Sequence record: OR529409.1
DNA: 64,000 nt
Strand: one strand, 5' to 3'
Shown: positions 56,037-64,000 of the stretch, piece after piece
Layout of the letters: every line of letters starts with the position of its first letter
Position numbering within the stretch: the stretch's first letter is position 1
Program-made: the position numbers and the translations under genes
The notes under the pieces: model-generated
Database searches by the model: none
Seen by the model: only the letters and a program-made list of their open reading frames with translations
What the model was told of the DNA's origin: nothing

Positions 56037-57324
56037 TGTCGATAAGATTTCAAAAGAACTTTCGGAGATTTCCATTACTCACTCTTCCGAGTTAATCGAA
56101 GCCGCCGAGGAATCCAACCAGATGGCCGAATTTGCTGATCGACTCTCCGAGTCGGCTGACAGGGCTTTGGTTATAAAAGAAATGCTTCAGAACGTTAACC
56201 CCACCGCGGTAACCGTTTCTTTTGGTTCGGCCATTGATAAACAGTTAAACCGTATTGGGGTTATGGACGTCATTAATAAGACGTCAGCCGACGTTTTAGG
56301 TGCGGAAGCATTGGGAAGAACCCTGATGCCTTCGGCCTATCTCCAAAGCCGTATAGCCGGCTGTGAGTCTTTTATTGGCGATGCCTTATCGAAGGCTAAG
56401 AAAATGCTGATAGCGGCGTCTGAGGGCATTAGGGACCGCTATATCCTCATTAAGGAATCTAATCGTTCTTTGGCGAGAAGAATTCTCTTAGTAGAAGAGA
56501 AGTTGAGTAAAGCCCCGGGTCCTTTAGTTCACGGTCAGTTTAAAATTAAACTTGATCGTAATCCTCGGCTTTTCCTGGTTGATGGTGTGGTTAAAGAGCA
56601 GTGGGGAGCACAACTTGAGCGAGTGGATAAATCCATTTCTGCGCTCATGTCAAACTACTACAAAAATAACCGCAGTTCTATCAACGAACTTCTTTCTTAT
56701 TTCGGTGGGTTCTCCCATCTCGAAGAAGACCGTGCTATCGAACGTCTTTTGTCTATGCCGAGTATGATCAGCCATTACACCTTTAAGGAATGCTTATATC
56801 CCAACCGGGAGCTTTCTAAGGACGGTGTGAAGGTAATGCAGTCGGTGGAACTTATGGGCGGCCGTCGTTTCCTTAACGCGGTGTATGAGAAGAAACCAAA
56901 GCAGCTTGAGTCTCTGGAAGAACTCTCCCGGTACTTCACCCAGATCCTTGAAAACGAATACGTTAAGTTCGTCGCCACCGAAAAAGTTGAATTGAATAAA
57001 GATATTGAGATCTCCAGTCTCTCTACTTTAGAAATCAAGGTTATTCTTAAACTCTGTTCAGGTATCCTTGATAAAACAGAAAGCCTGTTCAGCGAAGGCG
57101 ATCAGTATTCGGTGGAAGGAAAGGATTATTTGGAGATGATTAATGTCATTTCTGATAACAACTGGGATGACAAACTCAAGTCTACCGTCGTCAGGTATTT
57201 CGAACAGCTCGCTTTGAAATATAATAAAGAGATGCTGAACAACCGTGTGGCGGTGGTGGAATATCTGACCCTGCTTATCAATGGACTGTTAAACATCGCT
57301 GAACGCAGCATAGACGGCGAATAG
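56029..57324 (+). CDS. inner-head paralog; start ATG 56029
   Basis: LGAE and AGCE motifs followed by a helical segment. Confidence 0.65.
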   Translation: MSDVDKISKELSEISITHSSELIEAAEESNQMAEFADRLSESADRALVIKEMLQNVNPTAVTVSFGSAIDKQLNRIGVMDVINKTSADVLGAEALGRTLMPSAYLQSRIAGCESFIGDALSKAKKMLIAASEGIRDRYILIKESNRSLARRILLVEEKLSKAPGPLVHGQFKIKLDRNPRLFLVDGVVKEQWGAQLERVDKSISALMSNYYKNNRSSINELLSYFGGFSHLEEDRAIERLLSMPSMISHYTFKECLYPNRELSKDGVKVMQSVELMGGRRFLNAVYEKKPKQLESLEELSRYFTQILENEYVKFVATEKVELNKDIEISSLSTLEIKVILKLCSGILDKTESLFSEGDQYSVEGKDYLEMINVISDNNWDDKLKSTVVRYFEQLALKYNKEMLNNRVAVVEYLTLLINGLLNIAERSIDGE

Positions 57325-57332
57325 GAGGTATC

Positions 57333-58307
57333 ATGTCGCTAGAGCGCATTATGCTTTCTAAAAAGGCACAGGATGAACATCAGGATTTGATGGATGTGTT
57401 GAATCAGTTTAACGTCGTTATGGGAAACGAAACCTTATTTGACGACGTTAAGCTTATCGGTACAAACGTTTTATCCAGGACCGCTGTGTTGGCTGGAAAA
57501 GGTATAACTGAGTTGAACAATCTCTTTACTGTTGGTACTCGTAAGGCCATGGTGAAGTTTGGGACTAATCGTCAGGCTATCTCTGTTTTATCCAGGGATG
57601 TCCCTAAACGAGAGCTCAAAGAAGAGGTTGTTCTTCCAGCGTCCTTTGTCAACAACGTGACCTCAGAGGGTGACCTGGGGACGGTTATCGATGATACTCG
57701 AACCCTCAGTCAAACACTGGATTTGTTGGTTCGTCATCTCAATGATGTCGACGCATACCTGAAACAGCAACTGGGTTACGTAAAGGACATTGGGAACGTT
57801 CGTACTAATGATCAAGGCGTGGCTTTGATTCAGAAATACGACAAACTATCCTATCCGGCATTACAACTACCTATTCACGCTAATTTTATAGCCTCTTCAC
57901 ACCCCTTGCCCGGAGGGAAGATTTTAACTTACGATGATAAACGTCATGTTTATTCTATGTCTGGTAAAAAGCCCCACGGCGAAGCCCAACCTTATCCTGC
58001 TCAATTAGATACGGTTGGATGGTTACGAGCGGTTAATGGCGTCAACGATCATTTACAGCGCTTAATCAAGTATATGTACGAGTACAATACTTTTGTTAAG
58101 AACTGGGCTAGTGCGGTGAAATCAGCGTACCCTCATCTCGAAAGAGAAGATAACCTGAGTGAGTCCGTTTCTAAGCAGCTCGAAAGAATGCTTGATGGTA
58201 ACGTCAACATTATGCAATTGTATAGCGGATTACTCCCTCGTCTTATTGGATACACGGATAAGTATATCCAGGATGTGTTAGGGTCCGTCAACAAACTTCT
58301 TAATTAA
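57333..58307 (+). CDS. inner-head paralog
   Basis: AGGAGG RBS; MGNE motif. Confidence 0.7.
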   Translation: MSLERIMLSKKAQDEHQDLMDVLNQFNVVMGNETLFDDVKLIGTNVLSRTAVLAGKGITELNNLFTVGTRKAMVKFGTNRQAISVLSRDVPKRELKEEVVLPASFVNNVTSEGDLGTVIDDTRTLSQTLDLLVRHLNDVDAYLKQQLGYVKDIGNVRTNDQGVALIQKYDKLSYPALQLPIHANFIASSHPLPGGKILTYDDKRHVYSMSGKKPHGEAQPYPAQLDTVGWLRAVNGVNDHLQRLIKYMYEYNTFVKNWASAVKSAYPHLEREDNLSESVSKQLERMLDGNVNIMQLYSGLLPRLIGYTDKYIQDVLGSVNKLLN

Positions 58308-58344
58308 TAAGTTTTACATCAAATCTCTCTAGAGGATTTAAATA

Positions 58345-59613
58345 ATGAGTAAATTGTTTCTGGATCTGCTGGCTCGTCAGGGTAACGAAAACCTGGAAAT
58401 CGAACTGGATAATGGCGAAACCGCTGTAATCGTTCCTGAGACCGCTGAAGAAATCGCTGAAATGGCCGCTGAAAACGTTGTTGCCGAAACTTCCGAAGCG
58501 CTGGAAGAACATGCCGACGACGTTGAAGACCTGTGCGACAAAGTTGAAGAACTGGAAGAGCAGGTTGAAGAACTGCAAGAAGTCGTTGAAGGCGCCGAAG
58601 CCCTCCTGCAACCGGGTACCCAGTGGAACCCTGCTGCATTCGCCCTGCTGTACGCCCGCGGTGAAAAACTGAACGCCAAAATGAGCGATGCTGTCGTTCC
58701 GGTTATGGGCGCGGAATCTCTGGCTGACGCGACTACTGCCGAACTGTCTGCTCGCGAAGGCCTGGAAGCTATGGGCGCCACCGTGAAAAAATGGGGTTCT
58801 CAGGCGATCGCGTTCATCAAGAAAATCTGGGATAGCCTGATCTCCTTCATCAAAGGCCTGTTCTCCAAAGCCACCGCGGTTAAGAACAAAGCGAAAGCGG
58901 TTGCCGCTCGCCTGGAAAAAACCGAAAAACTGAAAGAAACCATCAAGCTGGGCAAATGGAACGCATTCGTTGGCGCCGGCGAAGGTAAATCTATCGTCGG
59001 TTCTGGCCTGTACGCTCTCGTCGCCGCAGCGGGTAAAGTCGCTTCTGGTTCAGAAGGTCTGCTGTCTTCTCCGGGTAGCGCCGCCCCTCTGGCAGCTCCG
59101 GTTAAAGAGCTTTCTAACCTTGCAGCCGGCCTCGACTCCGATTTCGGCCCGAGCAAGAAAGCTGGTGGCGAGAAAGCTGTAGCTGCTCACCAGTGGCGTG
59201 GTCTGACCATCGCGGTCGGTTATTACGCGGGTAAAGTGGAGAGCTTCGAAGACGTCTCCAAAGCCTGTAAAGCGATCCGCCTCTCCTGGAAAATTTCTGG
59301 CGCCGCTAAAACCTCTGGTGATCACAAAGTCACCGAAGGCAAAGATGGCCTGAAGAAATACATCGCTAACGCAAACAAACTGGTTGAAGGCCTGGCTTCC
59401 AGCAAAGTCGAACAGCAGTTTGGCGCGGCTAAACGCGATCGCATCATCGGCCTGCTGAAAGCAGCTGATACCAAAGAAGGCGAAGATGTAGGTAAAGCGG
59501 TTAACGCAGTGAAATCTGCTCAAGCTGCTCTGTCCTCCGTAACGACTTCCGCAACCCGTCTGGGTCTGGCTATCGCCAACGCTGAACTCGACTACGTACG
59601 TGCTTGCCTGTAA
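58345..59613 (+). CDS. abundant inner-head/ejection protein (phiKZ gp93/95/97 or SPN3US gp53/54 family)
   Basis: Acidic propeptide-like N-terminus; QGNE, MGAE and EGLE motifs then an amphipathic helix; extreme codon bias. Confidence 0.75.
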   Translation: MSKLFLDLLARQGNENLEIELDNGETAVIVPETAEEIAEMAAENVVAETSEALEEHADDVEDLCDKVEELEEQVEELQEVVEGAEALLQPGTQWNPAAFALLYARGEKLNAKMSDAVVPVMGAESLADATTAELSAREGLEAMGATVKKWGSQAIAFIKKIWDSLISFIKGLFSKATAVKNKAKAVAARLEKTEKLKETIKLGKWNAFVGAGEGKSIVGSGLYALVAAAGKVASGSEGLLSSPGSAAPLAAPVKELSNLAAGLDSDFGPSKKAGGEKAVAAHQWRGLTIAVGYYAGKVESFEDVSKACKAIRLSWKISGAAKTSGDHKVTEGKDGLKKYIANANKLVEGLASSKVEQQFGAAKRDRIIGLLKAADTKEGEDVGKAVNAVKSAQAALSSVTTSATRLGLAIANAELDYVRACL

Positions 59614-59641
59614 TCCCTCGGGATGGTTGTTTAAATCAAGA

Positions 59642-59675
59642 GAGGGGAGTCCTTAGGGGCTCCCCTCCCTATTTT
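59642..59675 (+). terminator. terminator-like hairpin
   Basis: GAGGGGAGTCC...GGGCTCCCCTC stem, short T tail. Confidence 0.65.
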
Positions 59676-59691
59676 GCATTTGAGAGGATTT

Positions 59692-60765
59692 ATGTCTACC
59701 CCTTACACTCAAAAAGGCATGTCCATGTCTCTCGCAGAAGAATACGAGGGAGATAAAAATAAATTAGATCGTTACATTGAAGGTACTCCTGATAACGTAG
59801 GGCGGTATAAAAAAGTAGCGTCAGTTATCGGTAAAGAACCCGGCCATCTTACTGTCGATAAAGATACGGGAGACAATACCGCCGGCACAGAAGAGTTTGA
59901 CATAGACGAAGCTGTTCTTAACTTCCCAGAAGATGAAAATGTTGCTGGGATGGAAGACTTCGTGGAATTTGCTAAGAAGGCGGTAGTTCGGTTAATGCGG
60001 ATGATTAAGAATGCCGCTATCTTTATTTATGAACTCGTCTTTAACAAGATTAGCCGCATTAAACACATTGCTCGTAAAGCAGAATATCAATTAAGAACAC
60101 AGAGCCTAATACCCACTACCGTGCCTTACCCCAAAGGGACGCGTAAGATATTCATAGGGCCGGCTTTACAGCTCAACGCTAACTGGACCCTTAAAAGCAT
60201 TCAGCAGGTCCAACTGTTTTACACCAGACTGATGAAAGCACACGGTAATTTATTGGATGCGGCTAAATCGGGTAATTGGAGAAACAACCCTAATTTCATT
60301 TTTGAAACTGCCGCTACCTTCGCTAATGAAATTTGTCAGAATCATCACAGTGATTATTCTGAAACCCAAGTTCTCCCAGGCGGGAAAATCTACAGAGTGA
60401 ATTATTCCAAAGGCAGTGGAAAAAATCGTCCTGGTGTTTCCCTTAGCCAGAAACTCTCTATTCAACTCAAGGATAAGTCCTTTAAACCGGATAGAGCTAT
60501 TGCCGACGATCTCATGACGGCCCTGCAAGGATTCGCAGATAAGATCGGTAACGATCATCGCAGTCAAACCAGCACTTCCAGAAAAATGGAAGCGGCGATA
60601 AGAGACCTGGAACGTTATTATGTCGATCCTGAGGCAAAACGCCATGCGGCGGCTTACTTCACTTGGTTGATTGATTTCCAACGTACGGTTCTGAGCACTG
60701 GTCTTCAGTATGTTTTCGGAACCCTGTTCGGTTATGCTGAATTCATTTCGGCTAATGTTAAGTAG
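59692..60765 (+). CDS. inner-head paralog; start probably ATG 59692
   Basis: GAGGA RBS; AGTE and AGME motifs. Confidence 0.65.
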   Translation: MSTPYTQKGMSMSLAEEYEGDKNKLDRYIEGTPDNVGRYKKVASVIGKEPGHLTVDKDTGDNTAGTEEFDIDEAVLNFPEDENVAGMEDFVEFAKKAVVRLMRMIKNAAIFIYELVFNKISRIKHIARKAEYQLRTQSLIPTTVPYPKGTRKIFIGPALQLNANWTLKSIQQVQLFYTRLMKAHGNLLDAAKSGNWRNNPNFIFETAATFANEICQNHHSDYSETQVLPGGKIYRVNYSKGSGKNRPGVSLSQKLSIQLKDKSFKPDRAIADDLMTALQGFADKIGNDHRSQTSTSRKMEAAIRDLERYYVDPEAKRHAAAYFTWLIDFQRTVLSTGLQYVFGTLFGYAEFISANVK

Positions 60766-60773
60766 AGGTAGTT

Positions 60774-61184
60774 ATGTCAGCTGGTGTTATTAGCAAGAAC
60801 ATGTGGGTGAGTCTACTCTCTAAAGCCCTCAACGCCGATGCAAGTGTATTAGAATCTCAGACGTTTGTTTTTTCGCCGAGTAGCTCTGACGACCTAGTTA
60901 GAATTAGCGACGTTAGAGGTCCCGATTCCCCCGTTGTAATGAATAAGTTTGATTTCGGCGAACTCACCTACGGGAGAAAGTTCGACGTTCGGCACATTCT
61001 TCAGGATTCTGAAAACAAAACAGCCGATGAGATTTTTGATTATTGGAAGAAATTGGTGCGACTAGATGACCTTGATCGCGGCGAGGTTGATTTGGTTAAA
61101 GACGAGTCGATCCTTTATATCTATTTCAAATCTTCATCTATCTGTTTCAAAGGAAGCGTTGAGGTGACGTATGCGGATCGGTAA
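60774..61184 (+). CDS. virion-cluster protein
   Basis: GAGGT RBS. Confidence 0.65.
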   Translation: MSAGVISKNMWVSLLSKALNADASVLESQTFVFSPSSSDDLVRISDVRGPDSPVVMNKFDFGELTYGRKFDVRHILQDSENKTADEIFDYWKKLVRLDDLDRGEVDLVKDESILYIYFKSSSICFKGSVEVTYADR

Positions 61185-62511
61185 TTATTTATTTCAAAAC
61201 ATACGTACCGCTTTGACCCTATTGGGTATTGTGTTTCAGATTCAAACGAGGAAACCTACTCAAGAAGAGTCAGATATTCTCGTTAACGGATTCAGGGAAC
61301 TTGACGTTTCGCCTGCAGTTTATCAAGAAAACGCATTACTGGCCTTACAGCTAGTGATTAAACGTTATATAGAGGATCTGGAAGCGTCCTTCTATGAACT
61401 TAGTCAATTACACGGATTAGTCCCAAAATCTCTTCATAACGTGTTAGGGGAGCTTATAGAGGGAATTAGGAAAACAAACAGCGACGACCTTGTGGAATAT
61501 TTCGATGAGGGGTTGTTAAAAGAACAATCCATTCGTAGTTTGTTTACACCTATCCCTGAAGATGAACTGGTCGAATCGGAACATTACGAGACGCTCAAAA
61601 GCATTTATAACGAAACCGTTACCAATCTCCTCAACGAATTGGAAGAGGACATTGATCCTTCGATTCTTCCGGTAATAGAAGATGGAGTACGCGATCTTAA
61701 TTTGATCGAATTTATTTTACAGTATTTCGAATTGTCTAATTACGACAATGTCTCGGAGGAAGAGATGAAATATAGTCAGGTTAAAGCCAAGCTTGATGAA
61801 ATCGAAACTGCGGTCATTAGCGGGGCGGAAGAATTCAAAACCCTCATTAACGATTCTCCAGTATCTGGAATGGAAGCCGGGTTTGTCGATACCGTTAAAG
61901 CCGGGATTGCCAAAGTCGTTGACACCATCAAAACCGCACTGAAAACCCTTCTCGATTTCTTTGCTGGACGTAAGAAGGATGCCGCGACTCAGATCGCAGA
62001 TATCAAAGAGAAGTTCAATAAGCAAATCGAAGATCTAAAGGCTGCCGGTAACGATAAGCTTGAGATCGATCAAGAAAATATCAAGAAAACCATTGATATG
62101 TTGGAGAAGGCTGATCTTAGCGAAGTCGCCAATCATTTCAAAGGGGTGAACGATGCAACAGGTGCTATCTCAGCATACACCGCAGCGTTGTCCGATCTGG
62201 AAAAACTCTGCAAGCCAGATGATGCCGATAAACAATTGGGGGATACGCAAAGTAAACTCAATGAGCTTTCCGGCACCCAGGTCAACGTGAACAACGACGC
62301 GCCAGCAGAAGAGAAGTCAACCCTGAAAGAGGTCGTTAGCGAGCGCACCAAGGCTTTACAAGAGAAGTTCGCAGAAGCCAAGGAGAGCGTGAAGAATTTT
62401 ATCAAACCTCTATCCGCCATGGAGCGTCTCAATAGCACTCTGGGTAAAGTCATCAAAAAGAAATCAGAGAAGGAAGAAAAAGTCTCTGGTAACGAAGCCT
62501 GGATGGAGTAA
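61171..62511 (+). CDS. inner-head protein
   Basis: SGAE, SGME and SGNE motifs; amphipathic helix after SGME. Confidence 0.7.
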   Translation: MRIGNYLFQNIRTALTLLGIVFQIQTRKPTQEESDILVNGFRELDVSPAVYQENALLALQLVIKRYIEDLEASFYELSQLHGLVPKSLHNVLGELIEGIRKTNSDDLVEYFDEGLLKEQSIRSLFTPIPEDELVESEHYETLKSIYNETVTNLLNELEEDIDPSILPVIEDGVRDLNLIEFILQYFELSNYDNVSEEEMKYSQVKAKLDEIETAVISGAEEFKTLINDSPVSGMEAGFVDTVKAGIAKVVDTIKTALKTLLDFFAGRKKDAATQIADIKEKFNKQIEDLKAAGNDKLEIDQENIKKTIDMLEKADLSEVANHFKGVNDATGAISAYTAALSDLEKLCKPDDADKQLGDTQSKLNELSGTQVNVNNDAPAEEKSTLKEVVSERTKALQEKFAEAKESVKNFIKPLSAMERLNSTLGKVIKKKSEKEEKVSGNEAWME

Positions 62512-62517
62512 AGAGAA

Positions 62518-63306
62518 ATGATTAATTCTGCTTTCACTCCCGGATTTTTAGCAGTGTTGGGTTCGCAATACACTCTTACTGATATCCAATCTGTTGACGA
62601 CACTACGAGTGAACTCAAAGCCACTTTAGGGGAGACCCCAAAGACCTTCAGATTTCCAAAAATGGATATTGGGGATATGTTTGTCGGCGCTCCCCTTATC
62701 AGCTTTGGTACTCCCGGTGAGCTCATTAACGACGTAATCGCCAGAGCCATGAACTATCATGAAGCTGGATTAGTTAGCGGCGTGGATTTCGATTTAGGCG
62801 AAGAGCAATTAGATTTCCAAGAAGGTACAAGCGTTTACCTTAATGTTAAGATACTCTCTTCATCTTTGATGTACAAAGGGACCTTCGGACTAACCATTTA
62901 TCGCGCTGACCTGTCACCACTCACCCAACCCATTGAACGTGATCTGACATCAACGATTCCTGATTACTCTTCACTGGACTGGATGGTGTATCTCAGTACT
63001 CGGATTTTTAATGTCGAGTACGATATTGAAATCGGAGATGTCATTCCTGAGTCTTGGAAAACCCCGCTGTGGCCATTGCTTTATGCCATGGATCAGGCTT
63101 TCAATATCGACGATGTGTTGGACGCGATTACGGGTTCCGAAGTGCTGGAAAAATACACGGATGAAATTTCCAACCTGTTGGTGATCAAGTTAGAGGGCGG
63201 AGAACTCACTCTTCGCTACACCTTTGATAAGACCCAGACCGTAACCTACATTACCGATTTCGAACTCCCCGGCGACCCAGCTATCACTGACGCGTTACTC
63301 CCTTAA
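62518..63306 (+). CDS. virion-cluster protein
   Basis: ORF followed by a hairpin. Confidence 0.7.
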   Translation: MINSAFTPGFLAVLGSQYTLTDIQSVDDTTSELKATLGETPKTFRFPKMDIGDMFVGAPLISFGTPGELINDVIARAMNYHEAGLVSGVDFDLGEEQLDFQEGTSVYLNVKILSSSLMYKGTFGLTIYRADLSPLTQPIERDLTSTIPDYSSLDWMVYLSTRIFNVEYDIEIGDVIPESWKTPLWPLLYAMDQAFNIDDVLDAITGSEVLEKYTDEISNLLVIKLEGGELTLRYTFDKTQTVTYITDFELPGDPAITDALLP

Positions 63307-63311
63307 CAACG

Positions 63312-63340
63312 AGAATCTGGCCCCAGAAAGGCCAGATTCT
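63312..63340 (+). terminator. hairpin, possible terminator
   Basis: AGAATCTGGCC/GGCCAGATTCT 11-bp stem. Confidence 0.65.
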
Positions 63341-63375
63341 ATGACCTTATATTTTTAATAGAAGAGGACGTTATT

Positions 63376-64000
63376 GTGCTCAGAACGTTTGTAAAGGCAG
63401 GGGAAACGTACCGTAACGCTCTTTATCCTGCAATCATCGAATCCCTTCGTCGGGTTTTAGAATTCTACTCGCTGACCGGGATTGACAAAGTGTATTTCAA
63501 CGGCGATGCAGAAGTCTCTAAGCAACTTTTTTCTGACATCGATAGTGGAGTAAGGGCGGACAGACAAACCGATTTCAAATTAATCAATAAACTTTATATC
63601 GTCACCGAAGAGCAACCTTCCGTCTTTAACAATGGTTACGGTAATGCCCAGAGAACGATTACCAACAGACCGGTGTGGAAGACGGACGACGATAAAGTTA
63701 TGATCATCCCTACCTACGATGGAAGAGAGATCACGGTTGATGTTAACGCCCACTTCAGGACAAGGCAAGAAGCCCGTAATTTCCGTAACAGTTTAGAACA
63801 GGCTAGAAATCGTCAGGCTAACGACCTTAATTTCAACGCGCATGTTCATTACCCCCTGAACTTGGAAATTGTTTACTTCCTTACTACCATTCACAAACGG
63901 TTAGTAGACGCGGGCCAGGTTACCGATGAGTTCGCCCCATGGTTCTTTAAAAACGCGTGCATGCCCTTCACCACGATAACGAACCCGGCGGGTAATAACA
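63376..64000 (+). CDS. virion structural protein, truncated by the window end (not in the ORF track)
   Basis: GAGGA RBS, GTG at 63376, frame open to the window end (VLRTFVKAGETYRNALYPAIIESLRR...). Confidence 0.7.
   Translation, partial: MLRTFVKAGETYRNALYPAIIESLRRVLEFYSLTGIDKVYFNGDAEVSKQLFSDIDSGVRADRQTDFKLINKLYIVTEEQPSVFNNGYGNAQRTITNRPVWKTDDDKVMIIPTYDGREITVDVNAHFRTRQEARNFRNSLEQARNRQANDLNFNAHVHYPLNLEIVYFLTTIHKRLVDAGQVTDEFAPWFFKNACMPFTTITNPAGNN

Overview
This is a 64-kb segment of a nucleus-forming, phiKZ-like jumbo phage (Chimalliviridae). Homolog names come from motifs I can see plus my recollection of phiKZ/SPN3US gene order; no database search was run. The segment carries the conserved core block: PhuZ tubulin, a split family-B DNA polymerase (two genes about 30 kb apart), chimallin, most non-virion RNAP subunits, a likely ChmC and PicA, an Mre11/SbcD nuclease, an SF2 helicase, a virion RNAP beta' piece, and a long head/baseplate cluster. 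Several head proteins carry G-x-E maturation motifs. The standout is a gene-poor island of about 3.4 kb (4350-7750) just upstream of phuZ. It contains an origin-like AT-rich core bounded by a 13-bp inverted repeat and alternating purine-pyrimidine tracts, then an orphan ORF. After that comes about 1.3 kb of densely base-paired + strand sequence with a textbook type I hammerhead ribozyme (6500-6572, predicted GUC cleavage after 6567) and a 62-aa ORF, closed by a terminator. I could not assign this RNA to any ncRNA class I know. Also noted: an unannotated 41-aa membrane microprotein whose promoter region nearly copies the chimallin one, and a family of sequence-related terminators. No tRNA, rRNA or CRISPR array was found.
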